This document shows, piece by piece, positions 1 through 11,095 of a stretch of 32,000 bases of DNA. Each line of letters opens with the position of its first letter. The stretch's first letter is position 1. Where the stretch lies: contig NC_006833.1 in the NCBI RefSeq assembly GCF_000008385.1, positions 570,001 through 602,000 on the forward strand. The letters run 5' to 3'. The notes below the pieces were generated by a model. It made no database searches, was not told the DNA's origin, and saw only the letters and a program-made list of their open reading frames with translations. The position numbers and the translations under genes are program-made. The stretch comes from Wolbachia endosymbiont strain TRS of Brugia malayi. GTDB taxonomy: Bacteria; Pseudomonadota; Alphaproteobacteria; Rickettsiales; Anaplasmataceae.

Positions 1-1102
1 TCAACATTATCATTTGTAAGATACACAATGCAGGCAGTAGGGTATGAGGTTCACATATACACTTCTCCACATTCAGTGAACTCTAATAAAAGAATAGTTG
101 TTGTAGGTGGTTATATCGAAGATAATAAATTATATAATTTACTATAGAAGAATGCCACACTGCAACTGTTGTAGCTTTTTTAGCCTTTTCCCTTTATAAA
201 GCTGATATCACCTTAATTGAAGTAGGTATGGGCGGAAGGCTTGACACAATAAATGTGACAGATAATCCAGTTTTAACAACTATTACTTCCATCGCACTTG
301 ATCATACAGAACACTTTGGCCCCACTGTAGAAACTACAGCGGTGAAAAGATCAAAATATGAAGCATAATGTTCCTTACGAATAGCACTACAAGAAAACTC
401 TATAATAAATACACTAGAACACTACGCAATAAGTAATAAATCTCCTTTATACAGAGAAGGCATTGAGTGGAGTTGCAAAAAAAAAGAATAACAAAATGGT
501 TTCTCAATCAGCTATTCAATCAATAGAATTTTTCCTACCCTTTTTAAAGGGCAATCATCAAATAATTAACTCAGGAAATGCCATTACGTCATGCAGCATT
601 TTGAGTAGAAAGTATGGGTTTGATATTGGAGAAGATGATATCACCTCAGGTTTACAGCATACTATTGGCCTGCACAACTAGAGCTCATACAAGAGGGTAA
701 TTTAATTTCTTCATTACCGAAAGATTGGTAATTATTTTTAGATAGTGCACACAATAATAACGATGCCAAAGTATTAGCTAAGTGAGTAAAAGATAATTTT
801 GCCGAAGGCATTTATATAATTTTTGATGTCACTCGTAATAGAAATGTGGAAAAATTTTTAGATACTTAAAATTGTATATCAAGCTACTATATGCGGGTTG
901 TGTTAAATCTGAGCCAAAAGCAACAAATACAAATTTAATCAGGGAAGAAGCCAACAATATAAGAATAAATGTTATTGAATGTAAATCAATCGGCGATACT
1001 ATACTAAATCACATGCCAAAAGCTCCTATCCAAAACGTTAAAATTATACTGATTTGTGGTTCATTATTTCTGACCGGAGATTTTGCCATGGGGAATGACT
1101 AA
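1..1102 (+). pseudogene. folC: Degraded folylpolyglutamate/dihydrofolate synthase (folC), 5' end outside window
   Basis: Conceptual translation across three frames gives FolC-like blocks in order: frame 1 'STLSFVRYTMQAVGYEVHIYTSPHSVNSNKRIVVVGGYIEDNKLYNLL*' (stop 145-147); frame 3 'EECHTATVVAFLAFSLYKADITLIEVGMGGRLDTINVTDNPVLTTITSIALDHTEHFG'; frame 1 ORF 463..681; frame 2 ORF 872..1102 ending 'LICGSLFLTGDFAM'. Confidence 0.85.
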
Positions 1103-1164
1103 GTTTTTTAAAATTTATGTCAACTAGCGCTATATTTTTCTCTGAAGGAAGCTATATTGTAATT

Positions 1165-2322
1165 ATGAACAACATAATCGTAAAAAAATTCGGTGGAACT
1201 TCATTAACCGATTTAACCAGAGTTGCAAATTTAATAAAAAAAGATGTTGATAAAGGTTATAGAATAATTGTTGTTGTTTCCGCCATTGCAGGACTTACCG
1301 ACCAAATGGTTTTTCAGGCTAGACAAACCTTAAACTTAAGCCACAAACAAGCACTATCAGAATATGATGTTATGCTTTCAGCGGGAGAGCAAATTTCTTG
1401 TGGCCTATTAGCAATTACCCTCCTATCTATCGGAGTAAATGCCAAATCGTGGCTTGCTTGGCAGTTACCAATTATAACTGATAATTCTTATTCCGAGTCT
1501 AAAATAAAAACAATAAAGATTGATCATTTGAAAAGATCTTTTGCTGAAGGTTACACTGTGGCGATCATTGCCGGTTTTCAGGGCATATATGATGATAGAA
1601 TCACTACTTTTGGAAGAGGAGGCTCTGATATATCAGCAGTTGCCCTTGCAGTAGCTTTTGGTGTCAGAGTTTGTGAGATTTTTACTGATATCGATGGAAT
1701 ATATACGGCTGATCCGAAAATTGTCCCAAAAGCACGCAAACTAAAATCCATCTCTTACGATGAAATGTTGGAGATGTCATCATCAGGTGCTAAAATATTG
1801 CATAACCGTTCAGTACAGCTCGCAATGAAACATAACATTAAAGTACAAGTGCTATCCACTTTTAAAGAGGTAGAAGGCACTGCAGTATTACACGAAAATG
1901 ATGTACTAGAGAGACACACAATTACTGGAATAACTTATAGCACTAATGAAGCTCTTATAACTTTTACCAATTTTGCAAATACCTTGCGCACTCTAAAAGA
2001 TATGGCAGGGGCAAATATTAAAATTGATATGATACATGGATCAAGTATTGTAATTTCCGAGTTCGATATCGACTTAATGAAAGAGCTACTGAACAAGAAT
2101 GAAGATTATGTTATAAACAATAATGCAGCTAAAATTTCAATCATTGGTATTGGTGTTATGTCTGTGATGTACCATACACTCAAGTTCTTCAGTGAAAAAA
2201 AGATAGAAATACTTGCGATTACAGCATCTGAAATCAAAATTAGTATTATCGTTCAAAGAGAATGTGCTGAGGCTCTAGTTAGGGATTTACATACTGAGCT
2301 GATGTGCACAGAAGGTGGCTGA
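1165..2322 (+). CDS. lysC: Aspartate kinase (track ORF starts at 1117; MNNIIVKKFGGTSL at 1165 is the likelier start)
   Basis: N-terminal KKFGGTS motif, 'GRGGSDISAVALAVAFG', 'CEIFTDIDGIYTADPKIVPKARKL', C-terminal ACT-like region. Confidence 0.95.
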   Translation: MNNIIVKKFGGTSLTDLTRVANLIKKDVDKGYRIIVVVSAIAGLTDQMVFQARQTLNLSHKQALSEYDVMLSAGEQISCGLLAITLLSIGVNAKSWLAWQLPIITDNSYSESKIKTIKIDHLKRSFAEGYTVAIIAGFQGIYDDRITTFGRGGSDISAVALAVAFGVRVCEIFTDIDGIYTADPKIVPKARKLKSISYDEMLEMSSSGAKILHNRSVQLAMKHNIKVQVLSTFKEVEGTAVLHENDVLERHTITGITYSTNEALITFTNFANTLRTLKDMAGANIKIDMIHGSSIVISEFDIDLMKELLNKNEDYVINNNAAKISIIGIGVMSVMYHTLKFFSEKKIEILAITASEIKISIIVQRECAEALVRDLHTELMCTEGG

Positions 2323-2546
2323 TCTTATGTTTTTACTCTCCCTTTCTAATATTTCGCAGAAAGCAAGTATTCTATTCAGTAATGTAGCAGAAAGAAACAC
2401 TATGAGAGGTTAAAAAGCCTACTTTCACCATTGGTACATCTTATTCTATAGATGGGGTAATGATTTCAAACGTAAGGAAGTTGAATATTTGTGAAAAATA
2501 ATGTATAATTATCAATAATTTTTAAGTGAATTTCTTATAGCTTTTT

Positions 2547-3385
2547 TTTCTAGACCCAAAAAACAATTTAGCGCTTCGGCGCATCTTTGGCACTGAGAAA
2601 AATAAGGATATTCTCATTCATCTTCCCAATGATATTTTAGGTTGAACTGGTAAGGCTAAAATAGAGTATGTGAGTCTTCTAAGTTCCATTCAAAACCCTA
2701 ATATTACCACTAAAAAGGAGAGTATTGTTGACGTATCATTAGAGATTCTACAGGTGTGCAATTCATTTGCAGGACACACAGACCGCTTAGAACCACTGGC
2801 TTTAAAAAACACGCAAATACTACGCTGCCAAAGCTTACTTAAGACAAGTTGACGTAGGTGCCAGGTTATCAAGACCTTAAAGAGGTTATCTTCATTGCTA
2901 TAACTGATTTTGTTCTGTTTCTTGATAAACTAGAGTACAAATCCGATCACGTTACTCTTGATATGAAAACTTTCAAACGTGACCTGTAGAACTTTAGTTT
3001 TACTTTTATAAAACCACAAAAATTTCCAAAAACGCAAGAGGATCAATTAGAAAATATGGTCGAAAAGTAGTGTTATTTTTTTAAGTATGCAAATAAGACT
3101 AGCAAAGAGGGTGTAAAGAAAGTAGTAGGGAGTGATGTGATTATTGGCAGAGCTTATAATGAGTTGAACCAATATAATTGGGGTGAAGAAGAGCGTTTTA
3201 TTTATAATCAAGATAAGAAACGTGAGAATGACAATTTATCCTCCCTTAACCAAAAATTTGATGAGAGTATGCAAAGCCGATACAGAGAAAAGAAAAATCG
3301 AAGTGGCAAGAAACTTACTCAAAGCTGGTATATCTGTCAACTTAATAGCTGAACTTACTTGTTTTCCTTAAGCTGAAATTACATA
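2547..3385 (+). pseudogene. Degraded Rpn-family recombination-promoting nuclease/putative transposase (PD-(D/E)XK type)
   Basis: Reading across frames and stops: 'FLDPKNNLALRRIFGTEKNKDILIHLPNDIL*...SLLSSIQNPNITTKKESIVDV', then 'EVIFIAITDFVLFLDKLEYKSDHVTLDMKTFKRDL', then 'VVGSDVIIGRAYNELNQYNWGEEERFIYNQDKKRENDN', then 'GKIEVARNLLKAGISVNLIAELT'. These are characteristic family blocks with internal loss and frameshifts. Confidence 0.82.
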
Positions 3386-3672
3386 GCTCAAAGAAGAAGT
3401 CACTAGCTGATACTGTCTCTCAAACCGTTGGGCTGAATGGACAATGGCGTTAACTTAAGGAAAAATATCAGTGATTGTATATAAAATTTCTCCCTAAAAT
3501 CCATTATGTCTTTAGGGAAGTTCACTAAGGGAGTCTTTTAAGTTGATGCAATTGGCTGAACGGATACGAGCATGGGCATTCTGAAGCAAAACCCCTCTAT
3601 ACTTTGCCTGAGTGAAGTTACTTAAATTTTACATATCTATTGTAGAGTAAAGAAGCTAAATCTGGAACAAAA

Positions 3673-4389
3673 ATGCTAGCAGAAACTTGGGCTTTACTAA
3701 TACTTACACTACTTGAAATAATACTTAGTATAGATAATTTAATCTTTATTTCTCTAGCAATAGATAGAGTACCAAACGCGTTGAGGGAGAGAGTACGCAT
3801 CGTAGGTTTTGCACTAGCACTACAGATGCGCTTTGTAACACTATTTTTTACATCATATATATTATCAATGCAAAAACCTATATTTTACGCTGCATCGTTC
3901 AACATTTCAGTAAAAGACCTACTCATGATAGCAGGAGGATTATTCCTAATCATTAAAAGCTTCATAGAATTATGGAACGACATTTTCTCACGCAAGCAAG
4001 TTGAAAAAAAAATAGACATTAAATCACAACTGCTTCTAGCTGTACTACAAATTATATTAATAGATTTAGTTTTTTCAGTTGATTCTTTACTAACTGCTAT
4101 AGCATTAACTCATAGCATGGTAATAATTGCTATAGCATGCGTATTTTCCATACTAGCAATGATATTTTTATCAAGTTATACTGCCCAGCTAATTAAATCT
4201 AGCTCGAGTTTAAAAATAATCGCCATCCTATTTATTGTACTTGTTGGTGTGCACCTGATGCTTGATGGACTTCATGTAGAATTACCAAAAGAATACTTGT
4301 ATTCTTCATTGACGTTTGCATTATTTGTAGAAGTTACGAGTAGTATAAAGAAAAAAGTGCGGTGCATAAAGAAGAAAAAACAGTTCTAA
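3673..4389 (+). CDS. TerC-family integral membrane protein
   Basis: 238 aa, 'MLAETWALLILTLLEIILSIDNLIFISLAIDRVP' and 'IILIDLVFSVDSLLTAIALT' (repeated E/D-S-hydrophobic-D-N motif typical of TerC); multiple TM segments. Confidence 0.88.
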   Translation: MLAETWALLILTLLEIILSIDNLIFISLAIDRVPNALRERVRIVGFALALQMRFVTLFFTSYILSMQKPIFYAASFNISVKDLLMIAGGLFLIIKSFIELWNDIFSRKQVEKKIDIKSQLLLAVLQIILIDLVFSVDSLLTAIALTHSMVIIAIACVFSILAMIFLSSYTAQLIKSSSSLKIIAILFIVLVGVHLMLDGLHVELPKEYLYSSLTFALFVEVTSSIKKKVRCIKKKKQF

Positions 4390-4390
4390 A

Positions 4391-5953
4391 TTATTCCCAC
4401 TCAATAGTTGCCGGTGGTTTTGAAGTTAAGTCATACACAACTCTATTTACTCCGGAAACGTTATTAACGATTATACTGCTGACATTCTGCAAAAAATCCC
4501 AAAATATTAATGAATGCTGACTTTTATTCTCAAATGGAAATGCATCAGCCGTCATACCATCAAACGATGTCACAGCCCTCAAAGCACAAACATATCCGTA
4601 TGTACGACCATCTCCCATGACACCTACAGTTCTTATCGGCAATAGTACAGCAAAAGCTTGCCATATTTTATCATATAGATCGTAATTTTTCATTGTATTG
4701 ATATATATTTCATCTATTTCTTGCAATATTCGCACCCTTTCCTCATCAACTTCACCTATGACCCTTACCGCAAGTCCAGGTCCAGGAAACGGGTGTTGAA
4801 ATATTATCTCGTTTGAAAGCCCAATTTCTTTCCCAAGCAGTCTTACCTCATCTTTAAAGAGGTAGCGCAAAGGCTCCACTAGCTTGAGATTCATCTTCTC
4901 TGGCAATCCACCAACATTATGATGAGATTTGATTGTACTAGCATTCCCCGAAGCATGCCCTGATTCGACCACATCAGAGTAAATAGTACCCTGCATTAAA
5001 AAATCTGCATTACCTATTTTTTTTGCCTCCTCTTCAAAGACTTCAATGAAAGTGTTACCAATAATTTTTCGCTTTTCTTCTGGATCAGTTATACCTTTTA
5101 ATCTACTCAAAAACAAATTCGATTTATCAACATAATTTACTGGAATCTCTTCCAACAGAGCAATGGTCTGGTTCTTACGTAACAACCCAGTATCAATAAA
5201 AATACAGTTTAATTGTTTTCCTACGGCTTTATATGTAAGAGCCACTGCAACACTTGAATCAACCCCTCCACTTACCGCAGCAATTACTTTTTTCTCTCCT
5301 ACCACATTTTTAATTTTCTCCTTTTGCTTTTCAATGATTGACTTCATTGTCCAGTCTCTTTTACAATTTGCAATGTCCAAGAAGTTAGAAAGCAATTTAC
5401 TACCATTCGCTGTAGGCTTAACCTCAGGATGGAACTGAGTACAATATATCCTACGCTGTTCATTGGCAACTATCGCAATTGTTTGATTTATTACACCTGA
5501 TGCAATAACAGTAAACCCTTGTGGTGCAGTTTCAACACTGTCCGCATGATTCATTAATACATCCACTTCAGAATTAACATTCCACACATCCTTTACAATG
5601 GAGGATTCCTTTAGTATCTTAATCTTAGTTTTGCAAAACTCCTGTTTGAACTCTTTTTTTACTTTCGCTCCAAAGTAATGACAAATAAGTTGCTGCCCAT
5701 AGCATATCCCAAGTATAGGAACATTTGTTGCCTCATTAAATTTTATAATCTCATGTGCTACTCCACTTGCCTCAGAACAACCATCATGCACAGATTGTGG
5801 TCCTCCAGAGAGAATAAATCCATTGAATTTCGATATTGTTTCAAAACTGATGTTGCTAGGGAATATCTCACAATAAACGTCCATTTCTCTGATCTGTCTC
5901 GCGATAAGCTGCGTAAATTGTGAACCAAAATCAATAATGGCAATTGCTGACAA
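4391..5953 (-). CDS. guaA: GMP synthase (glutamine-hydrolysing)
   Basis: GATase-I domain '[17 protein letters not shown]', ATP-pyrophosphatase '[21 protein letters not shown]', C-terminal '[24 protein letters not shown]'. Confidence 0.98.
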   Translation of the reverse strand: MSAIAIIDFGSQFTQLIARQIREMDVYCEIFPSNISFETISKFNGFILSGGPQSVHDGCSEASGVAHEIIKFNEATNVPILGICYGQQLICHYFGAKVKKEFKQEFCKTKIKILKESSIVKDVWNVNSEVDVLMNHADSVETAPQGFTVIASGVINQTIAIVANEQRRIYCTQFHPEVKPTANGSKLLSNFLDIANCKRDWTMKSIIEKQKEKIKNVVGEKKVIAAVSGGVDSSVAVALTYKAVGKQLNCIFIDTGLLRKNQTIALLEEIPVNYVDKSNLFLSRLKGITDPEEKRKIIGNTFIEVFEEEAKKIGNADFLMQGTIYSDVVESGHASGNASTIKSHHNVGGLPEKMNLKLVEPLRYLFKDEVRLLGKEIGLSNEIIFQHPFPGPGLAVRVIGEVDEERVRILQEIDEIYINTMKNYDLYDKIWQAFAVLLPIRTVGVMGDGRTYGYVCALRAVTSFDGMTADAFPFENKSQHSLIFWDFLQNVSSIIVNNVSGVNRVVYDLTSKPPATIEWE

Positions 5954-6047
5954 CCTACTCCTCCATATTATTTAAAGCAATATTTAATAATAAAGAAAAT
6001 AACAGAGCAAGTAAACTAAGACCTCTTTAAAAGCTTTAATATATGGC

Positions 6048-6496
6048 TTAAACATTAGCTGTGATCCATTTTGAGCTGACAAAAATTTGCAGGTGGTAGC
6101 CCAGAGTTTTTAGTCCTTTTTCGGAGTCAAGGCATACTCTAAAAAAATCCCAATCGTTACAACTTTTACCAATAATTTCTTTGCCTACTATAGAAGGAGA
6201 GTTATATTTTGCTTTATTATAGATTAACTTGCCCTCACTGCTGACCGCAACTTCATATATTCTCCCTTTATATTTTCCAATAAGCGTTTTTCCTATAAAA
6301 AGATCTTGATAAATTTTTGATTTTGTGTTGAACTGTCATCAACTTGTGTAATTTTGTCAGGTTTATTCACTTTGAGTATAGCTAGTGGCTTATTACCCAA
6401 GATATTATTTAACACCTTGCATACTACATATGTCACAATCTCATTTTTGACTTCTTCTACCCTTTTATCTACATATTTTTCCACTTTACTGCACAC
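6048..6496 (-). pseudogene. Small hypothetical protein, apparently frameshifted (possible DUF2924/RAMA-like C-terminal half)
   Basis: ORF 6293..6496 (MCSKVEKYVDKRVEEVKNEIV...) is followed in another frame by 'LFIGKTLIGKYKGRIYEVAVSSEGKLIYNKAKYNSPSIVGKEIIGKSCNDWDFFRVCLDSEKGLKTLG...'. The frame changes at a homopolymeric T run near 6296-6303. Family assignment is weak. Confidence 0.5.
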
Positions 6497-6652
6497 TGCC
6501 CTTTAAAACTGTCAAGAAAGTTTTGCAAGTTGAGTAAAGTTAATTCAGATATTTCTATCAAATCCTCTAGTTCTATTGTTACCTCAATAATGAATCTAGT
6601 ATACTAAAACACTTTTAAGAAAAACGACCTAAAATTCCTGCCCTTTAGGCAC

Positions 6653-6722
6653 AACTGTACAAACATTGTAATGACCTTGACCAAAAAAGTGATATCATTA
6701 CAATGCTTGATATACAATTGTA
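6653..6722. repeat. Inverted repeat / hairpin
   Basis: Perfect 11-bp arms cattgtaatga (6664-6674) and tcattacaatg (6695-6705), 20-nt loop, flanked by partially complementary acaactgtac / atacaattgt. Confidence 0.6.
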
Positions 6723-6831
6723 CGAACATTTGTTTGCGAAGACAGTGTGTTAAATGTTATAGCAGATTTTACCCCAAACATAAGGATATTATGAAAACAC
6801 CTGATACTGACATGACATCTTTTTTGGACCC

Positions 6832-7145
6832 TTAAATTGAACTAGCTATAAACATTAAGAAATTTACTAAATAAAAAAAAGAAAAAGATGTCCCGTGGTA
6901 GATAGTGTTTACTCTCTAATCCTGCAAATTGGCATATTATACTGTCTTAAACGCTTTAAAAGCGAGTTTTAGCTTATATAGGTAAAAACCTAGAAATGTT
7001 GTGAAGACATAAGGTACATATAGTGCAAAAAATTAAACATAAGACATCAACTATGTAATACTTTGTTATTTAATCTGCACAGATTGAAGGTAATTGAATA
7101 CCTTTAGTACTATGGGGGCCGGCGAGGTTTGTCAAATAATTTTTG
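6832..7145 (+). repeat. Dispersed ~300 bp intergenic repeat, copy A
   Basis: Shares 'gtttactctctaatcctgcaaatyggc', 'agcttatataggtaaaaac', 'aattaaacataagac', 'atttaatctgcacaga', and 'aggtttgt' in the same order and spacing with 20122..20434 and with the reverse complement of 29444..29765. Confidence 0.9.
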
Positions 7146-7276
7146 CATTTCTATGAGTCACTTAGATGACACCCCCTCATAACATTTGTACAGCTGCATA
7201 ACCTTTTAGCTATATTATAGATCTTGCTTTAGCCACATATTCATATAGAATTAAAAAAATCAGAGTCATAAATAAA

Positions 7277-8599
7277 ATGTTAACGAGATTCGCCCCAAGC
7301 CCAACTGGCTATCTTCATGTGGGAAACGCCCGCACTGCACTCGTTTGCTGGATGTACACACGTAGTCAAAACGGGAAATTTTTACTTCGTTTCGACGACA
7401 CTGATCTTCAGCGTTCAGACGTTAAACATATAGATAGCATAGTGCAGGATTTGAGATGGATTTGCATAGATTGGGATGTAATTTTTAAGCAATCAGAGCG
7501 CTTTAAGCATTATAACGAAGTGTTTCTGCAGTTAATAACAAAAGGGCACATTTATGCATGCTATGAAACAAAAGAAGAATTAGACATTAAACGAAAATTG
7601 CAGTTAAAACATGGGCTTCCTCCGGTATATGATAGGAGTGCATTACTTCTCACTGAACAGGAAAAATTTTGTTATGAGCAAGAAGGACGAAAACCACATT
7701 TTAGATTTAAGTTGGATAGGAATGAAGTTGTCAAATGGAATGATGAGGTTAAAGGTGAAATAAATATTGCAACCAGCAGTATAAGCGACCCCGTGGTAAA
7801 AAGGGAGGATGGAATTTATACATACATGTTACCTTCTGTTATTGATGATGTCGACTTTAATGTAACCCATGTTATACGCGGAGAAGATCATGTAACTAAC
7901 ACTGCAGTTCAGATACAAATGATACAAGCATTAGAAGCAAAAGTTCCTGTGTTTGCTCATCTTCCCCTTCTACATTTTGATGATAGTAAAATATCGAAAC
8001 GGAAAGGTGGACTGGACATCAAATCCATTAAAGAAAATGAAATTGAACCAATGGCACTCGCTAGTTATTTAATAAAACTTGGAACATCCGATCCAATCGA
8101 AGCTTACGTTAACATGCAATCTTTAATTGACTCATTTGACATTAAAAAATTTGGCTCAGCTTCTGCACAATTTAATTTGAGTGAAATACATAAGCTAAAT
8201 AGTAAAGTCCTGCAACAAATGCCATTTGAAATGGTAAAAGAGCGTTTAAGTCAAATTGGAGTTAACTCTCCAGAGTTTTGGTACTTCATAAGGAACAATA
8301 TAGAAAAATTTTCGGAAGTGGCTGAGTGGTGGCAAATATGCAAATCTAATATAGAACCTGTGGTTCTTGATAAGGAGTTTATAAAAATCGTACTCGATGC
8401 ATTGCCTCAAGGTGATTGTAATGAAAACACATTGTCGGAGTGGGTGAAAGCTATTCAACAGACAGTGGATATAAAGTTGAAAGACTTGTTTATGCAGCTG
8501 CGTTTAGCCCTAACAGGTGCAAAAACAGGCCCAGAGCTTGCTAAGTTATTAATTTTTATTGGTAAAGAAAATATCATTGCAAGGTTAAAGAAGTATTAG
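7277..8599 (+). CDS. gltX: Glutamyl-tRNA synthetase (paralog 1 in this window)
   Basis: '[24 protein letters not shown]', 'LLRFDDTD', '[24 protein letters not shown]', '[11 protein letters not shown]' (class I HIGH/KMSKS-type motifs). Confidence 0.95.
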   Translation: MLTRFAPSPTGYLHVGNARTALVCWMYTRSQNGKFLLRFDDTDLQRSDVKHIDSIVQDLRWICIDWDVIFKQSERFKHYNEVFLQLITKGHIYACYETKEELDIKRKLQLKHGLPPVYDRSALLLTEQEKFCYEQEGRKPHFRFKLDRNEVVKWNDEVKGEINIATSSISDPVVKREDGIYTYMLPSVIDDVDFNVTHVIRGEDHVTNTAVQIQMIQALEAKVPVFAHLPLLHFDDSKISKRKGGLDIKSIKENEIEPMALASYLIKLGTSDPIEAYVNMQSLIDSFDIKKFGSASAQFNLSEIHKLNSKVLQQMPFEMVKERLSQIGVNSPEFWYFIRNNIEKFSEVAEWWQICKSNIEPVVLDKEFIKIVLDALPQGDCNENTLSEWVKAIQQTVDIKLKDLFMQLRLALTGAKTGPELAKLLIFIGKENIIARLKKY

Positions 8600-8734
8600 C
8601 TAGGCACGTGTGATTCATAGAGGAATCCTAAACTACTATAACTTAAGGTTTCAGGCATAAACCTTGAACTAAAGATTGTTTTTTCGACAAGTAAAGAATG
8701 GTGAAAATTGTTTAAGGGATAACCAATAGCAAAA

Positions 8735-9752
8735 ACTATAGAAAAAAATATACGAAATTTTTAAAGCAGCTAAAAGATCATATTACCACAAATCGTTATA
8801 AAGCAGCGCTTACAGCAAGCTCATTTACTTTATTATTATACTAGTATAGAAACTTTAAAGTGACAAAAAGAACATGGCTGGAAGCGAAAGTTTTGAATAA
8901 CTGAGTAAGAATTTGAAGGGTGCATTTCCAGAAATGAAGGATTTTAGTATGAGAAATCTGAAGTATATGCACAAATTTGCTGAAGAATATCTCGATGTTG
9001 AATTTGTGCAACAGGTTGCTTGTAGAATTGCCTTAGTTTCATACTGTGGTGATTATGGATAAGATTAAAGAGCCTTACAAGAGAGGCTTTTCTACTTTCA
9101 AAGAGCTATAGAGCATTGCTGATCACGCAATATTACAGTGAAGCAGATAGAGTGAGCGCTATATAAAAGGCAGGGAAAGGCTATTATTAACCTTAAAGAT
9201 AAGCTGTCATCTTTCCAATCAGACCTGGCACACTATACATTAAAAGATCTATATGTTTTTGATTTCTTAAGTATAGGAGATGATGCTCATGAGAGAGAAG
9301 TAGAAAAAGGGCTTGTAAAGCATGTTGAAAAGTTCCTACTAGAGCTGGGTAAAGGATTCGCGTTTGTTTGCAGACAAGTTTCACTTAGATGTTGGAGATA
9401 AAGACTTTTATATTGATTTATTATTTTACCACTTAAAGTTGTGTTGCTTTGTAGTAATTGAACTCAAAGATAAAGACTTTAAACCAGAATATGCTAGTAA
9501 AATGAATTTCTATCTTTCTGTAGTTGATGATTTACTAAAACATGCAACAGATTAATTTTCCATAGGATTAATTTTGTGTAAATCAGAGAATAGTGTGCTT
9601 GCTGAATATACACTTCGAGATATAACCAAACCAATATAGAGTTAGCAGAACATCGAATAACTGAAAATTTACCGAAAGACATAAAAACAGTTCTGCCAAC
9701 GATAGAAGAATTGGAAACCGAGTTATTAAAAATTCCAGATAAGAAAAAGTGA
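8735..9752 (+). pseudogene. Degraded DUF1016/YhcG-family PD-(D/E)XK nuclease domain protein
   Basis: Fragments in order but in different frames: 'TNRYKAALTASSFTLLLY', 'KNLKGAFPEMKDFSMRNLKYMHKFAEEYLDVEFVQQVA', 'SFQSDLAHYTLKDLYVFDFLSIGDDAHEREVEKGLVKHVEKFLLELGKGFAFV', 'HLDVGDKDFYIDLLFYHLKLCCFVVIELKDKDFKPEYASKMNFYLSVVDDLLKH', 'SVLAEYTLRDITKPI', 'LPKDIKTVLPTIEELETELLKIPDKKK*'. Confidence 0.88.
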
Positions 9753-9763
9753 TTCTACGAAAA

Positions 9764-11095
9764 TCATTTTTGCGAGTACACAGTTTTGCCGGACACAATA
9801 GTGCGTACTACGCGCCCTTTTACTTTGCGTCCGCCAAAAGGAGAATTTTTTGACTTACTAGCAAAGCTGTCAATTTTAATCTCCCACTCGTAATTCAAAT
9901 CAACTAAAGTTAGGTCTGCAACAAAGTTCTTCTGTACACGACCACGTGGTACGTGTATTATATCTGCAGGCTTGTATGTCAGCTTTGCAAGTATATCAAA
10001 TAGGTCTATCTGCCCACTGTGGTAAAGTTCAAGTGAAAGGGGTAGCATTGTTTCAAGGCCTACAATACCAAATGCAGCGCTCTCGAGTGGCAGGTCTTTA
10101 GAACTACGATCATGCGGCGCGTGGTCGGTTGCAATGCAATCAATCACACCTGTTTTTAAACCTTCAACCATAGCTAAACGATCTTCTTCGGTACGAAGCG
10201 GCGGATTCATTTTTGCAATTGCTCCGTGTTGTTTTACTATATCTTCAGTTAAAGTGAAGTGATGAGGAGTTACTTCGCATGTGACGTTCAATCCTAAATC
10301 TTTTGCACGTTTAACAGCGTCAAGTGAATCTTTTGAAGAGATATGCAAAATATGATAGTGCACATTCTCTATATCTTTCATGAGCAGTATATCGCGACTT
10401 ACCATGACTGATTCTGATGCACTTAAGATTCCCTTTACTCCTAATGCTTCAGAAATCTTACCTTCGTTGATTGCACCGCCTGCTGATAAATTCAGGTCTT
10501 CAGCATGTTGAGCAATAGGAACATTCAGCATACTTGAATAAAGTAGCGCCTGCCTCATAATCATTGGATTCATGACCGGTATACCATCATCAGTAAACCC
10601 AACTGCACCTGCTTCTTTTAAAAGTGCCACTTCAGTTAACTTTTCCTCTGAAGTAGTGATTTTAGCATAAAATTCAATGTTCACATGTGAAGTTTCAAGC
10701 GCTCTATATTTTAAATACTTAGCCAAAATAACACTATCTATTGCTGGAGTAGTGTTTGGTTGGCAAACTACAGTTGTAACGCCCCCCGCAGCTGCGGATT
10801 TGCTACCTGTATATATAGTTTCTTTGTGCTCCTGGCCAGGCTCACGAAAATGCACGTGAATGTCAACAAGGCCTGGCATTAGAACAAGTCCTTCACAGTT
10901 TATCGTCTCATCAACTCCACTTGGCACTCCGTTCGAAAACAATGATTCACCAAAATCGATGATTTTACTCCCTTCAGTCAGCAGTGAACCCTCTATATCA
11001 AGTTTAGTTTCTGGGTCGATAATACGAGCATTTATATATGCTACCTTGTAATTTCTCTCCTGCCCTGCTTGCAATAAATTCCAAGTTTGAGTCAT
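9764..11095 (-). CDS. pyrC: Dihydroorotase
   Basis: 443 aa, 'GLVLMPGLVDIHVHFREPGQEHKETIYTGSKSAAAGGVTTVVCQPNT', 'EVTPHHFTLT', 'IDCIATDHAPH'. Confidence 0.96.
   Translation of the reverse strand: MTQTWNLLQAGQERNYKVAYINARIIDPETKLDIEGSLLTEGSKIIDFGESLFSNGVPSGVDETINCEGLVLMPGLVDIHVHFREPGQEHKETIYTGSKSAAAGGVTTVVCQPNTTPAIDSVILAKYLKYRALETSHVNIEFYAKITTSEEKLTEVALLKEAGAVGFTDDGIPVMNPMIMRQALLYSSMLNVPIAQHAEDLNLSAGGAINEGKISEALGVKGILSASESVMVSRDILLMKDIENVHYHILHISSKDSLDAVKRAKDLGLNVTCEVTPHHFTLTEDIVKQHGAIAKMNPPLRTEEDRLAMVEGLKTGVIDCIATDHAPHDRSSKDLPLESAAFGIVGLETMLPLSLELYHSGQIDLFDILAKLTYKPADIIHVPRGRVQKNFVADLTLVDLNYEWEIKIDSFASKSKNSPFGGRKVKGRVVRTIVSGKTVYSQK

Noticed and set aside
5163-5943. Several ORFs (5163..5438, 5678..5923, 5758..5943) overlapping guaA
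   Set aside because: All lie within the intact guaA gene and resemble no family.
8643-8663. AAGGTTTcaggcatAAACCTT hairpin after gltX as a Rho-independent terminator
   Set aside because: Only a 7-bp AT-rich stem with no immediate T tract. Too weak in this base composition to call.
10677-11051. + strand ORFs antisense to pyrC
   Set aside because: Antisense to a strongly supported dihydroorotase.
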